Source of the DNA: Pelagomonas calceolata
Taxonomy: Eukaryota
Direction: 5' to 3'
Assembly (NCBI GenBank): GCA_918797485.1
Contig: CAKKNE010000005.1
Span: 3,534,001 to 3,598,000 of the forward strand
DNA length: 64,000 bases
Under the pieces are notes generated by a model. It was not told the DNA's origin. It saw only the letters and a list, made by a program, of their open reading frames with translations, and ran no database searches. This document shows positions 31,693-43,600 of the stretch, in pieces. Numbering within the stretch: position 1 is the stretch's first letter; each line of letters starts with the position of its first letter. Position numbers and translations under genes: made by a program.

Positions 31693-34600
31693 CTACCTCC
31701 GTACGATGCTCACCTCGACGGATCCTGACGCAGTGAGCGGCCCGCCCAAACCACTGAACCCCCCGTCGTCGACTTCCACAGATATCGTGTCGCTCCCGAG
31801 CTCGCAGTTCTCACACGCGTAGGTCACGACGCCCAGCGCGTCGTTCAGCGCCTCCACCGAAGCGTCGACGACGACGCGGCGGTCCTCGACGCCGGTGCCC
31901 TCGATGAAGGACAGCCTTGCATCAGTAGCGCCGAGCGAGACGACGCCCTTTTGCACCGTCACGGTCACGACGAGCCGCGGCTCGATCCTCAAACCCGTCG
32001 ACGCGTCGACGCCGAGGTCCGCGTCGTCGGCGTCCGGATCGCCAATGGATGCGAAGCCCTCGAAGCGGTTCCAGCCGTCGGCCGACGCCCCAATGGGTCC
32101 CTTCACCAGAGAAACGGTCGGCGCCTGATTGTGCCGTCGCACGAAGACGCGCATCGTGGCCACCCCTGTGGCATTCTCGCCGCGCTCGCACCCGTCCGTG
32201 ACGTTCGCTATACAGTGGAGCGGGTCGTCGCGCACCGACGCCTGGATCTCGACCGCGCCTGCATACTGCGGCGCCGCCACAAACCATAGGTCGGCCAGCA
32301 ACAGATTCAACTGCGCGCTCGTCCCGCGGAACGTCTGTGTTGAATCGCGTGTAAGGTCGCCCGCCAGCACTTCAATTGAGGGAGGCGGCGCCACATCCAA
32401 CGACAGGCCGCCCGCCTCTCTCGGTAGAACATCTAACACGAGCGTGAGCACGTCATCATCAGCGTCGTGCACGGCGAACGCCTGGGGCCGGCCCTTCCGT
32501 TGCGACGCGTGGCCTCCATTCAAACCGCCGTCCAATTGCATAGCGCCGCGCCGCGCGGGGTAGTACAACGCATTTTTTAAGGAAGCCAGCGCGCCGCCGC
32601 CTTCATCTAAACTCCTTCGGTCCAGATCCATAACCGTCGTGTCGAAGACTGGTTTAGTGTTGGCCCGCGTGCCGTCCGTCGCCCACAATCGGGTAGCAAC
32701 CGGGGCTTCTATCGAGCGATCGACCTCGTCCGCGGGATCTGGCGTGCGCGCGACGTAGAAGAGCCTGTTATCTAGCCGAGTCAGGTATCTAGGCGACGAG
32801 CCCAACGAACCTAGTCGAGCGTCGGCCACGAGCCGCGTGCCCGCCTTAGTCCCGTCCGTCTTCCAGAGCTCCCGCCCCACTCGGCCATCATCAGCAGAGA
32901 AATAAACTTTGTTGTGTAACACGGCGAGGTACTCCGGGGACGACGAGCCGGCCCCTTGGTGGACGTCCGCGACGCGTGTTACTTGTAAAGTAGTAGAATC
33001 AGTTAAATCGGCCCAGGCCGCGCGCCACAGCTCCCGGCCGTGACCGTCGTCACTGGCCGCAAATAGTAGCACATTATTCAAGCAGACGAAGTGGTCCGGC
33101 GAGCTAGAACCTTTGCCCGGTCTTATGTCCCTCGCTAGTCTCGTCCCTGATTCCCCTCGTTGTTCGTATAGCACGTTATCATTTGCGGAATCACCCGCAT
33201 CTCTATTCAGATACCCCAACCCGCCGTCCGACGCGTACAATTCGTCCCCTCTCAACCCATCATTTGCGACGAACCACAGGACATTACCGCAGCTTTGCAA
33301 GTATTTCGGGTCCGAACCGTCGGGGCCCCTCCGTACGTCTGCGACGAGGCGCATGACGCCTCTCCCATCTTCATCTTCTTTCGAGAAGCGGTGGAGTTCT
33401 CGCCCATGTTCGGACATCGCACCGAAGAACAACGCTCCATCAAAAACACAGAGATACTGGGGGTCAGAATGCGACGCGGAATTAACGGCACGAAACGTGC
33501 CTTGCGGCGAGCCGTCGGAGGCCCAGAGCTCCCTACCGGAAGGTGCCACGTCATACGAGTCCGGATCCGCTCTACACACGATGCCCGCAAACCTTGACGT
33601 TTTCAGTGACACACCCCGCCAGCCGCCCTTGACCAGGTCGACGTCCGGTCTCCGGGAGTCGGGAGACGACGCCGCCTTATATAAACCCGTGACATGACTG
33701 TCGGAGAAGCGGAAGTGCTCGCGCTGCACATTTTCGTAGGACCAGGCCTCCCAGCCACATTGGGAATAGTAGACCCTTTCTTCATCAGTGGCCAGGTCAT
33801 GACGTTTCTTCAGAGGGTTTTCATCTCTCCCACCTTGCGACGGGCCGTAGTTCCGGCCCGTGAAAACGGTGAGCGCTTCCTCAGAGTTCATCCAGCGCCA
33901 GCCCCGGGGGCAGTCGTACGTCTTTCCTGGCTCCCACACATTATTTGCGGAGACGACGAACGCAACATCACTATCGAAAGAAGCTCGCCGCATGGAGTCG
34001 CATTCGTCCCGGTATTTCGGGTCGATCCGCCACTCGTCCGCGGCGTGACCGGCCGCAGAGAAGTAGAGCAAGTCTTCATATTTCGTGAGATAGCGGGGAT
34101 CACTCCCTCTTCTACCAGGCATAATATCAGCATTCATGTTCGTGATGGAGCCGTCCGTGCTCCACAGCTCGGCGCCATGTTGATCATCCTCCGCAGCGAA
34201 GAAGAGTCGCTCCTGGTAGTTGACGAAGTATCTAGGGCGTGAGATGTCATGCACGGGCGCCGACTCCCACCCTACGATAGGTTCGGAGTCGTAAAACTTA
34301 AGGTCGACGTCGTAGTCGCGCGTCGGTCGTGACGACCAGAGCTCGTACCCCAAGTGCGCTTCCAATGAAGAGGGATACTGATACTCGATGACATCCTCGT
34401 CATAGACATACGCAGAAGCTTCTTCTTCAGTCCACATTGTTTGTCGATAGTAGCGACCGGCCTCCTCGTGCGACGCGCCTTCTAGCTTACCGCGACCGCC
34501 CTGGTCCAGGTAGAGGGCGTAGCCACCTGCTAATTCCGGTGCCGTGACGACGGGCGCGTCGTTCGCTTTCCTTACTCTAATTTTGACGGCTTGCGAGTGC

Positions 34601-37600
34601 GACAGACCGCCGCGGTCGTTACACGTAACAGTCAGAGAGGCCTTGCCATGCCAGTCTCGCAACGGCGTGAAGATCAAGGAAGCTAACAAACTATTCGCTT
34701 TGGCCTCGGTCGCTAGGAACTTGATGTGGGAAGAACCACGACTCATGACGAAGTCACTTGGCTCCAGAAAGACGACCTCGCTCACTTGTGAAGAGAAGGA
34801 GCTCCGTCCATGCGTCGTCGTAATGGCAATTTCCAGCGCGGCGTCGGTGTCGACGTCGCGCACCGTGAACAGATCTGTCAAAGGCAGAGGCTCGTCTTCG
34901 GTAGTGACGAGCGCGTCGTCGTTGACACCGACCGCTACCAGAGATAACCCGTCTCCGGTGGTTTGTGTGTCGCCTTTGTTTGTGACGCTCACCGTTTCTA
35001 GACGAGCGGCCCGGACCACTGGTCTATCATTGACCGCCGCTATGCTAATAGCCGCATCGACCGTATGCGCTTTATCACCATCAGCTATTGTCAAAGAGAG
35101 GTGGTCTCTACTACGACCATCGTCACTATTATAGTTCAAGGCCGGCCAGTAGTGCATGTCCCACAGCGCCGCGTTGAGGTTGGCGGCCGTACCTCGAAGG
35201 GTCGCGTTGCGCCACCACTTCAGATTAGTCCCGGTCAGGAGACCGTCCTCTCTACGAACAGGGGCCGCATCGAGCAGCTGGAGGATCTCGCCGGTCGCGG
35301 CCCGGCCGCCTTCGACGAGTTCGGGCCAGCCCTGTCGCACCACATCTCCATCCGTCGCGGGACCCGTTCTACGGGAAGCGTCCCTATCGTGCGCGGCCTC
35401 CACGAACAGCACACCGGGGCAGCGTATGGAACACAAACTAATTTTCCCATGCTCGACACTTATGTCCAGTCGTAGCGTCGCGTCCTGCTCTATTTTATGA
35501 TTCTCGAACGCTTGGGGTACTTGCACACCGCCCACCAACTCTCGTATTGCCGAGGCTGCCGTCATTCCACCACGTGTGGCGGCTTCCAGCGTTTCACTAT
35601 TCGCCTCCGCGTCTAAATCTCTAACTCGTAATGACGGCAGCCTGATCCTCCGGTCCTCCTCGGCGTTTACTTCGAACTGCAGCACCCTCTTCCAGTTACC
35701 TTCGTCATACCTCGTTTCACCGGTCGTGCCTCTGTAGTAAGACGCTTCGTCATCGCGACGCATTTCTACGTAAGGCGCGTCCGGCCTACTGGCTACGTCT
35801 AGGAGGATCGTGGCTTTGTCGTAATGATTGTGCGCATCGTGTACTGTTATGTTCAAATGATCTACACCGTACCAATTTGGATCAGTCACGTATTCTAGTT
35901 GTGCGAAGGCTTTGTTCAGTAGTTCGGGCTCGCCGCGCACTTCTAGGCGTTTGGGCTCCTTGACGAGACTCTCGAGACCCAAACTATCAAACCGGTCGAC
36001 GCGCAGCGTCCCTCGCAACGTTACCAAAGTGACCTTCAGCCTTGAACCGTCCGCGTCACTTACTGAAATACCGGCAAAGGCCTTTCGCGGCACATCCTCC
36101 GCGAAGTTGGCGAAGGCCGCCACAGCGAGCCGCCGGTCGCACTGGGGGTACTCTTTCAGCTTGTCCGACACCCCTCGCGTCCGTAGCAACGACGACTGCG
36201 GCGCCGCTAGACAAGGCGTGCCGACGCGCGTCTCGTTCGGGATTCTGAGGACCGGCGCGTCGTTCCAGGTCACGGACGGCGCTACCCTTAAAGGTATGGA
36301 CAACGAGGCCGTCCGCCCGAAATTCGTCAAATCTTCGACCAGCAGATCAATCTCATCTGTCGCGGTGAAGTCGCGTGGCGGCTTATAAAGCAGACCGGCC
36401 AGCGCCGCGTTTACTGCGGACAACGGTCCGCGCGCCACGATCGACTTATCAGCGTCGCCGTCGCCGACCTCGTACCGCAGAGGCGACTGGAACCAGGCGT
36501 CCACACCCAAAGAAATGGCGCCGTGCGTCGTGGACGCCCGCAGGACATAGGAGGCTTCAGCGTCGTCCGGGTCTATCACCTTTATGGAAGGTAAGTAGAG
36601 GTCGTGGTCCTCGTCCACCACCACGGAAACACCGTCGTCATAGGGTGAGTGAATAGAAGGCGGGTCCGCTTTTGGGAGGATGATGATAGGTATCGTCTTC
36701 ACGTCAAACAGCGACGGTTCCACCACAGAAGTACCGTAGGCCGGCGCGCAGGCCCTGCAGCCCCGGACGCCGGCCGCTTCGTGGATCGAGCCGTAGCCGC
36801 CGTCCTCGTAGCCTACCGTTAAGTGTGCCCTCGGTTCCGTGCTGTTTAATGAGTGGTCATCCTTCAGACCACGGAAGCGTAATGACTTCAAACAACGGTC
36901 CCGGTCTTCCGGCGTTACTCTTATTCTGATAGAACCCGTGCGCCAGCCGTTCTCCGTAGATTGTTCTTGTGTTGCGAAAGGAGCGTCTCGCACCTCAAGC
37001 TCTTCGCCAGAACAATCCATCCAGAACGTGCCTTGCTCAACAGAAACAGTGAGCGCGCCCTCGGCGGCCGGGAAGGCCCGCGGGTCGTCGCCATCATCAT
37101 CAACACTTACCAAGTGGCCGAGCTCCAAGATCGCATCCTCGTCGACCGTCAGCGGCTTGACTCGTATTAACTCGAGATCCCGTCGCAAAGACGAGCGGTC
37201 CGTGCCGCCCGGGAGGCCTCTGTACACGGAACCCGGCACCGCGACGTGGGGCCTGTCATTGACAGCGTTGATTTGGATCCGTATGGACCCCGTCGTTTTT
37301 AATGAGTCGCACCTCTGACCTAAGCCTTCGGGCAGGCCGCCGAAGTCGTTCCCGAGGTCGTCTACCTCCAACGTGACCGTGTCGGCCGCCACATCTACTA
37401 ATGGGAAGGTGAAGTAGTCTCGGGCCGGTTCGTAGGAGACGTGAGCCAAAGCCGTCTGCGCATGCTGTAAAGTACTTCGGAACGTCACGGTCGACTCCGC
37501 GACACCCTTGCCCTGGACAAAGGTCAAGGCCGACCGTATGGACGAATCCAGCGTAAGGGTACCATTGCCAGCGGTCAGCATGACCTGCACTTCTGGGAAA

Positions 37601-40600
37601 AAGGTGGCCGACGTCCGCGTCGCGGACGTGTTCAACGTGTATCCATCCTCATCCGTATACAGGTACTCGCGGAATTTATGAAGATCGTACAGCTCTTTTA
37701 AGTTGGCGTGGTCCGCGTCAGCAACCTCGAACCCGATGGAGACGCCGGCGTCCTCATTCGTAGAAACGACCTTCTTCACTGGTGTGATCACGGGCGCGTC
37801 ACAAGAGGAATCGACGAACAGGGGCACCTCCAGGCTCGTTTGCTGGGCGCCGCCCCGTCCGACGTTGCCCCGGTCCGATGCCGTCACAAACAAGGCGTCG
37901 TCGCCGGCATAGTCCTTGGAGGGCGTGTATGCTAGGGAACCCAATGCGTTCGAAACATCTACCGGTGAACCGTGAATATGCAACATGTCTCCCGCGCCGG
38001 TGACCGTGGCATCAGTCGCATCAACCGATAGCGTGCCGCGGTGGACGACGGCCGACACGTCCATCGCGCCGTGGGCCACATCCCCACAATCGACGTCGCG
38101 CACGTTCAGACCGATGGCATCGATCGTAGAATCCTCCGCTACGAGTATTGTGGAGGTACTCAGGCGCAGCCTCGTCAGTTGATCGGATGACGCGTTTTCG
38201 AGATGAGTCACTTCATTTTGCTGCTGTAGAACAGGGGCATCATTCACGGGGTGCACGAAGAACAGGACAGATGCGGTACCACTAAATCCCGTGGCGTCCT
38301 CGATGACGACTGTGATGTTCTCCAGAGCTATGTCATGATCGATAACACCACCAGCGGTACCGACGTCAGCTAACGTTTGCGCGGCATGCTGCGAGTTCCA
38401 ATGAAGGTCCGGTTTGTAGAGTATCCCTTGTAGTGCTCTATTAGTCTCAAACAACGTGTAGTTTTGTAGTACGATAGCGTGGGGCCACGTTTTATCATCA
38501 TCTTTTGATAGTGGCAGCCTTAGACCGCCCCTTCGCGAAGAGATGTGTAACGAATACGAATCTTTGACTTGTGTGCGCGTGAACGCGTGCTTCGCGGAAG
38601 ACACCTGGCCCGCATCAGCATGTGGTTCTATAGACCCAAGCCAGGTCGGATGATTTGCGTCCACGTAGGCGAAGGTGCCATCTGTGGAGTCACTATCGAA
38701 CCTATTAGCCTCGCGCCAGGGGCCGGTCCACGTCTTTGTATTGATCGAATCCAGCGACTCTGATGCAGGAACGAGCCACCTCCTCAACGGCTTCGTGAGG
38801 TCCTCGAGGTCGCCGTCGACTACCGAGAAGGTACTCGAGACGTAGATTTCACTGGTCTTCTCGCCGCCGAACTGGATCACTGCATCTTCGAGAGCTTCTA
38901 CATCCATCAACGGTGCCGTGACCACGGGAGCGTCTCTTGTGCCTCGGACATGTACTGCGAGACGTACCTCGCTCGTCTTGATACCGCCGGCGCCGTGCGC
39001 CGCGTCGCCGCCGTCACGAGCGGTCAAGCGCAAAACGTCGACGCCGTTCCAATTTTCATCACTTTGGTAGCATAAACCTCCTAAAGCGAGATTGATGGCT
39101 CCCAGCGTGCCGCGCATGACTAATACTGAAGAACCTTGGGAAGCGTCTCCACTGACCACCTCGAGGTTCTCGAAGACGTCGCCCTCGAAGGCTTGGTCGA
39201 GGACCGCGGAAGCGCCCCGCTTGTCTCCAGCTCGCAAGGCTACCACCCCATCGTCGACCGCCGCACTGATTTGCAAATGAGCCGGCCAGGCTACCTCAGA
39301 AGAAAAATCTCGCCCGTAGACGAACCGCACGTCCGCGTCATGTATCGATAAACCTCCTACGAGTACGCAGCCCTGGTCTTCGTCGACGTATCGCGACGGC
39401 ACTACCACAACGTCGACTTGTGTAGAACAGTAGCACCACCTTTCCTGGTCAAGCATGCACCACCTTTCATCATCATCACATGACACGCAGCCCTCTTCAT
39501 CCACACAATCGTCTTCGGGCGAGGACCACTTCGCAGCACAGGTGCCGTACGCTACGGGCGCATCCACCGCGGCACTGATGACGGGCACGCACACACCATG
39601 AGACAAAGTGGCGTTGTTCCTTCTATAAAATGCCGACGCGTCATGAACGTCGGACAGGTGGTCGTACCGGCCATATAACAGGGAGGTACCTCGACCAGCT
39701 GACGAAGCATGAGATGGGTGGTGCGCGGCCTCCGCATCTCGCTGTGTAGAATCGACGTGCCACGCGGGGACGTCGTTGACCGGTCGCACTCTTACTAAAA
39801 GTTCTGCGGTCGTCGACGCGTTCGACGCATCCTCTGCTGATATTGATACGGTGTCGACGCCGTGCCAGTCCTCATGCGAGATGTACGATAGTGTAGAGAG
39901 GGCTGAATTTATTGTTGATAGGGACCCTTGGATAATTAATGAGCCGTTCACAGATGACGCCGCCTCGGGATGTACTCGTTGCGTGTTTACAGGCATGCGT
40001 TTCAGGACGCCCGGATTGGTGCTCGTGCCGCGGTTCGCCTCTTGTAAACCGCCCCGTCGCAGCGTCTCGGTGTACGACGCCTCGCCGCCAAAACGCGCGT
40101 CGGTGGCCGTCTGATGCACCGCTAACACGCCATGCAACGCTTCTATAGAAACGGTGTGGACCTCGCCCGGTGCCGCATCGACGTCTACGACTTCAATACC
40201 AGTCATTCTCGCTTCGGCGTCCTCATCGACAGCTAACGCGCCGGCACCATCTCGGAACAGCACAGAGGGGGCATCGTTCTGATTCGCCACTTCAATTGAC
40301 AGCCCATGATAGGCCGTGGCGTTCCTCCCGTCTTTCACCGAAGCGTCGACCACGACGCGACCGTGGTAATTTCGTGCCGGTTGGAAGGCCCACGTCTGTA
40401 GCACGTCGCTTATGGAATGCGGCGCGCCCTTTACAACAAATGAAGTACTACCAGAGTGCGGGTCGCCCTCTATACGTGAAAGTGATGCTATTGCATTGAT
40501 ACGCACCGTTCCCGCATTTGTTGCATCTCGTAAACGCGTCACGCGGCACCGCTTCGTGGAGGGGCCTCGCAGTTGTGACGGGTCCGTCTGGAAATCTCCA

Positions 40601-43600
40601 GAGTCGTACGCGTCGCGTTCGAACGCTATATAGTAGATAAAGCCGCCTTGCGGTACCCTTGCCCTCGAGACAACCATCAGGGCCTTTCGATCGGGGTGGG
40701 GCCTTTGTAAGGAAGGTAAACGCTCAAGAGCGTCCTTGACGGACGAAGCCGTCGCGTCCGTCGACAAGGGTCGCGTCCACGTCTCATCAGCACCCCACCT
40801 TACTCTCCACGTGCCTCGTAGTTGCGACGCCTCGCGCTCGAGCGCCGCCGACGCTTCATCTGATAAACGTGACTTGAGGCCCGCTCTTGATGCGTACGAC
40901 TTTGACCGTGTTATAGACGTGTTCATCAAATCCCAGACGTCTTCCTCGGCATCTATCAACGCAAGGACATCCCTATTCAAATTGTCGTTGCCCTCGACCG
41001 CGAGAACGCGCAAGAGCGGGAGGGCATGTGGGGTGTTGACAAAGGTAACTCTCCACACGGTCGTACCGGCATTGTCATGCTTCGACACGGACACAGAGGC
41101 CTCCTCCCCCAGATCGCCCCAATTAGGTAAGGACAACAGGTGCGCTTCCACCGAAGAATTGGGCCCCGGTAGACTGTGGGGCGGGTAGGCGTGATCGAAA
41201 CCGCGATTGAACTCCGCCATCCCATCCACTTCTTCCTCCACACTACCTGGCGCTATTCTGGGAATTGGTCTCGTGAACCGCAATGAGCCACTCGCGAGGT
41301 AGTGACTGCCACCTGAATAGATGGAGCAGTTCCGCGTGTCGAGGCCGATCCTCATGAAGTTCCTTCCACGCTTAAGTGATAGCGCATGGATGGATACGTG
41401 TGGATCGTGCGACACGTCGATTCTGTGTAATTGCGGGTCCCCGAATCTAGCACGTAATAGAGAGGACGTTACTGATGCGTGTTCGCCTCGCAAGTGCGAA
41501 CCGTCGACTCGCAGGTCGACCGAAGAGTCCATGAAGGTACAATGCCACTCGAAGCCGCCCGACTCACTTTCTCCCGATCTAGTTACTAACACGGCAGTGA
41601 CCGAGGGTAAGCTCATGAGAGCTCTTTCTAGGTCGGTGGACGACGCGTTATGTCGTACAGAAGTAGAGTAGCCCTTCACAAGGACAGAAAACGAACCATG
41701 AATAGCATTCGCGTGCCGCACCGTCTCCACACTTGGTTTGAGACCGTCCCAGATCGACGCATCCGCATGAATTAGGACAGGTGCCGACGCGGCTTCAGGA
41801 GTAGAACCTTCAAACGTAATGCGCCACTCGTGGCCGCCGTTCACTGGAGCCGGTCTAGAGTACCTACTACCGACGGACTTGTAGTACGACCGTCGCACTT
41901 GATAGTCGTCGACGTATCTAGCCCCTCCAAGCGAGTCGTAGCGGTCGTAGTGCTGCGACCCGAACGCGGCGTAATCCTCCCGCGTCACACTAACGCGGAG
42001 ACCGGCCCGCTTGACGTTCGGTAGGCTCATGAGTTTTGCTTCTACCGACTGGTGCGATAAATCACCATCTAAACCATCGCTTTCCCGCAGTCGTTCGCCC
42101 GCAGAACCCGTCCTTTCATCAGCAATTCTCGCGACGGCGTCGAAGGCGATAGGTTCGGTCGTGGCTCTTGTCGCGGCGCCGTCTGGTAAACCTTCTATAT
42201 TTGTTAAGTCCACGACGAGGCGAAAGGCTCCCCTTTCCACTTGCGACGCGTTCCATGAAGCGTTCACGACCCTGACGACGTGGACGGCCGTGGACCGCGT
42301 CGTGATTAGTGCTGAAGTTTTGATAGAATGGACCTCGAGCGCGCCTTCGCTCCTTGCGGACACTTTTAACGTTAGGGCACGGTCGTCGTCGTCCGACGCT
42401 TCCAGAGATGGTAGTGAGACCCAGTCGCTATCCTCCTTCATCAGAACGTCCTCAACATCCCCCGTTATGAGCGGTGGGTCGTTATAAGCTGCTGCTCTTA
42501 TACTGATAGAAGTGGCATTCGTCAAGACACCGTCAGAGGCCTCCACTTTCAAGGAACCAGAGATGTAGCCGTCGCGCTCCGCTATGGCATCATCAGGGAC
42601 CCACGTTAATGTACTGAGAGCAGCATTCAACGCGGCCTGGTTCGCTCTCAACGAAAGCGTTCGTTGATACGACGACGGCGACTCCGTCCCCGCACCACTC
42701 TCGACATCTTGGACGCGGCCAACGACCTTGACTCTACCAGAAGTAGCGGTCAACGTCACACTGACCACCTCAGAATCGGGGTCGTAGACGGACACGCCTG
42801 GGATGGGCGTTTCGGTCTTCGTGCCGTTCCTACCTAGTGCGACACCTTTCGACGCCTCGTCAAATAACACTTGAGATGGACTCGTGACGCGCGGCGCGTC
42901 AGCAACCGCATGGACGCGTATCGGAAGGGCTAGCGTCGCTATTAACGCATCTGAAACGGGAAAGCCGCCTCCATCGTCGGCGACGACGTCGACGACGTCG
43001 TCGCCAGACCAGTCCGGGGCACTCACGTATTCTAGCTTTGCGAGCGTGGAAGTTATCGACGAGGGCGTGCCCTTCAGTTCGATGCCATCATTCTCGAAGA
43101 GTATAGCACCAGACGCCGCCGCGAACGCCTTGCCTCCTTTTATATGTAACGAGCCGCTCCTCGCGGACACTCGCAACGAACACGTTACATCAGGTGCCTC
43201 CGCGTGATCGTAGTCCGGATCTACCAGGGAGATAGCTAGCGGTAGGTACGTGTCTTCCTCGACCTCATACGGTCCAGCACCAATGAGTACAGGAGCGTCC
43301 TGCACGCCCTCTATCGCAAGTTCTATGGTCGTGGCGGCGAGTTCTATATTATCTTCAGTGAGATTCAATCGTAAACGGGCGTGGCCGTGCCAGTCTTGTG
43401 ACGGGATTAATGTAATGTCGGCCAATGCGGCGCTCAAAGATTGTACGGTGCCGCTCAGGCGTAGTTCATCACTCTGTAGAACTGCGACGCCATGCTCCAG
43501 CCACGTGTCGTTCCGGAGCAGGAAGGCCGTGAAATGGTCGATGCTGATGGACAGGACGGCATCAACACTACCAAGGTCGTTCGGAACTAATGAAACGACC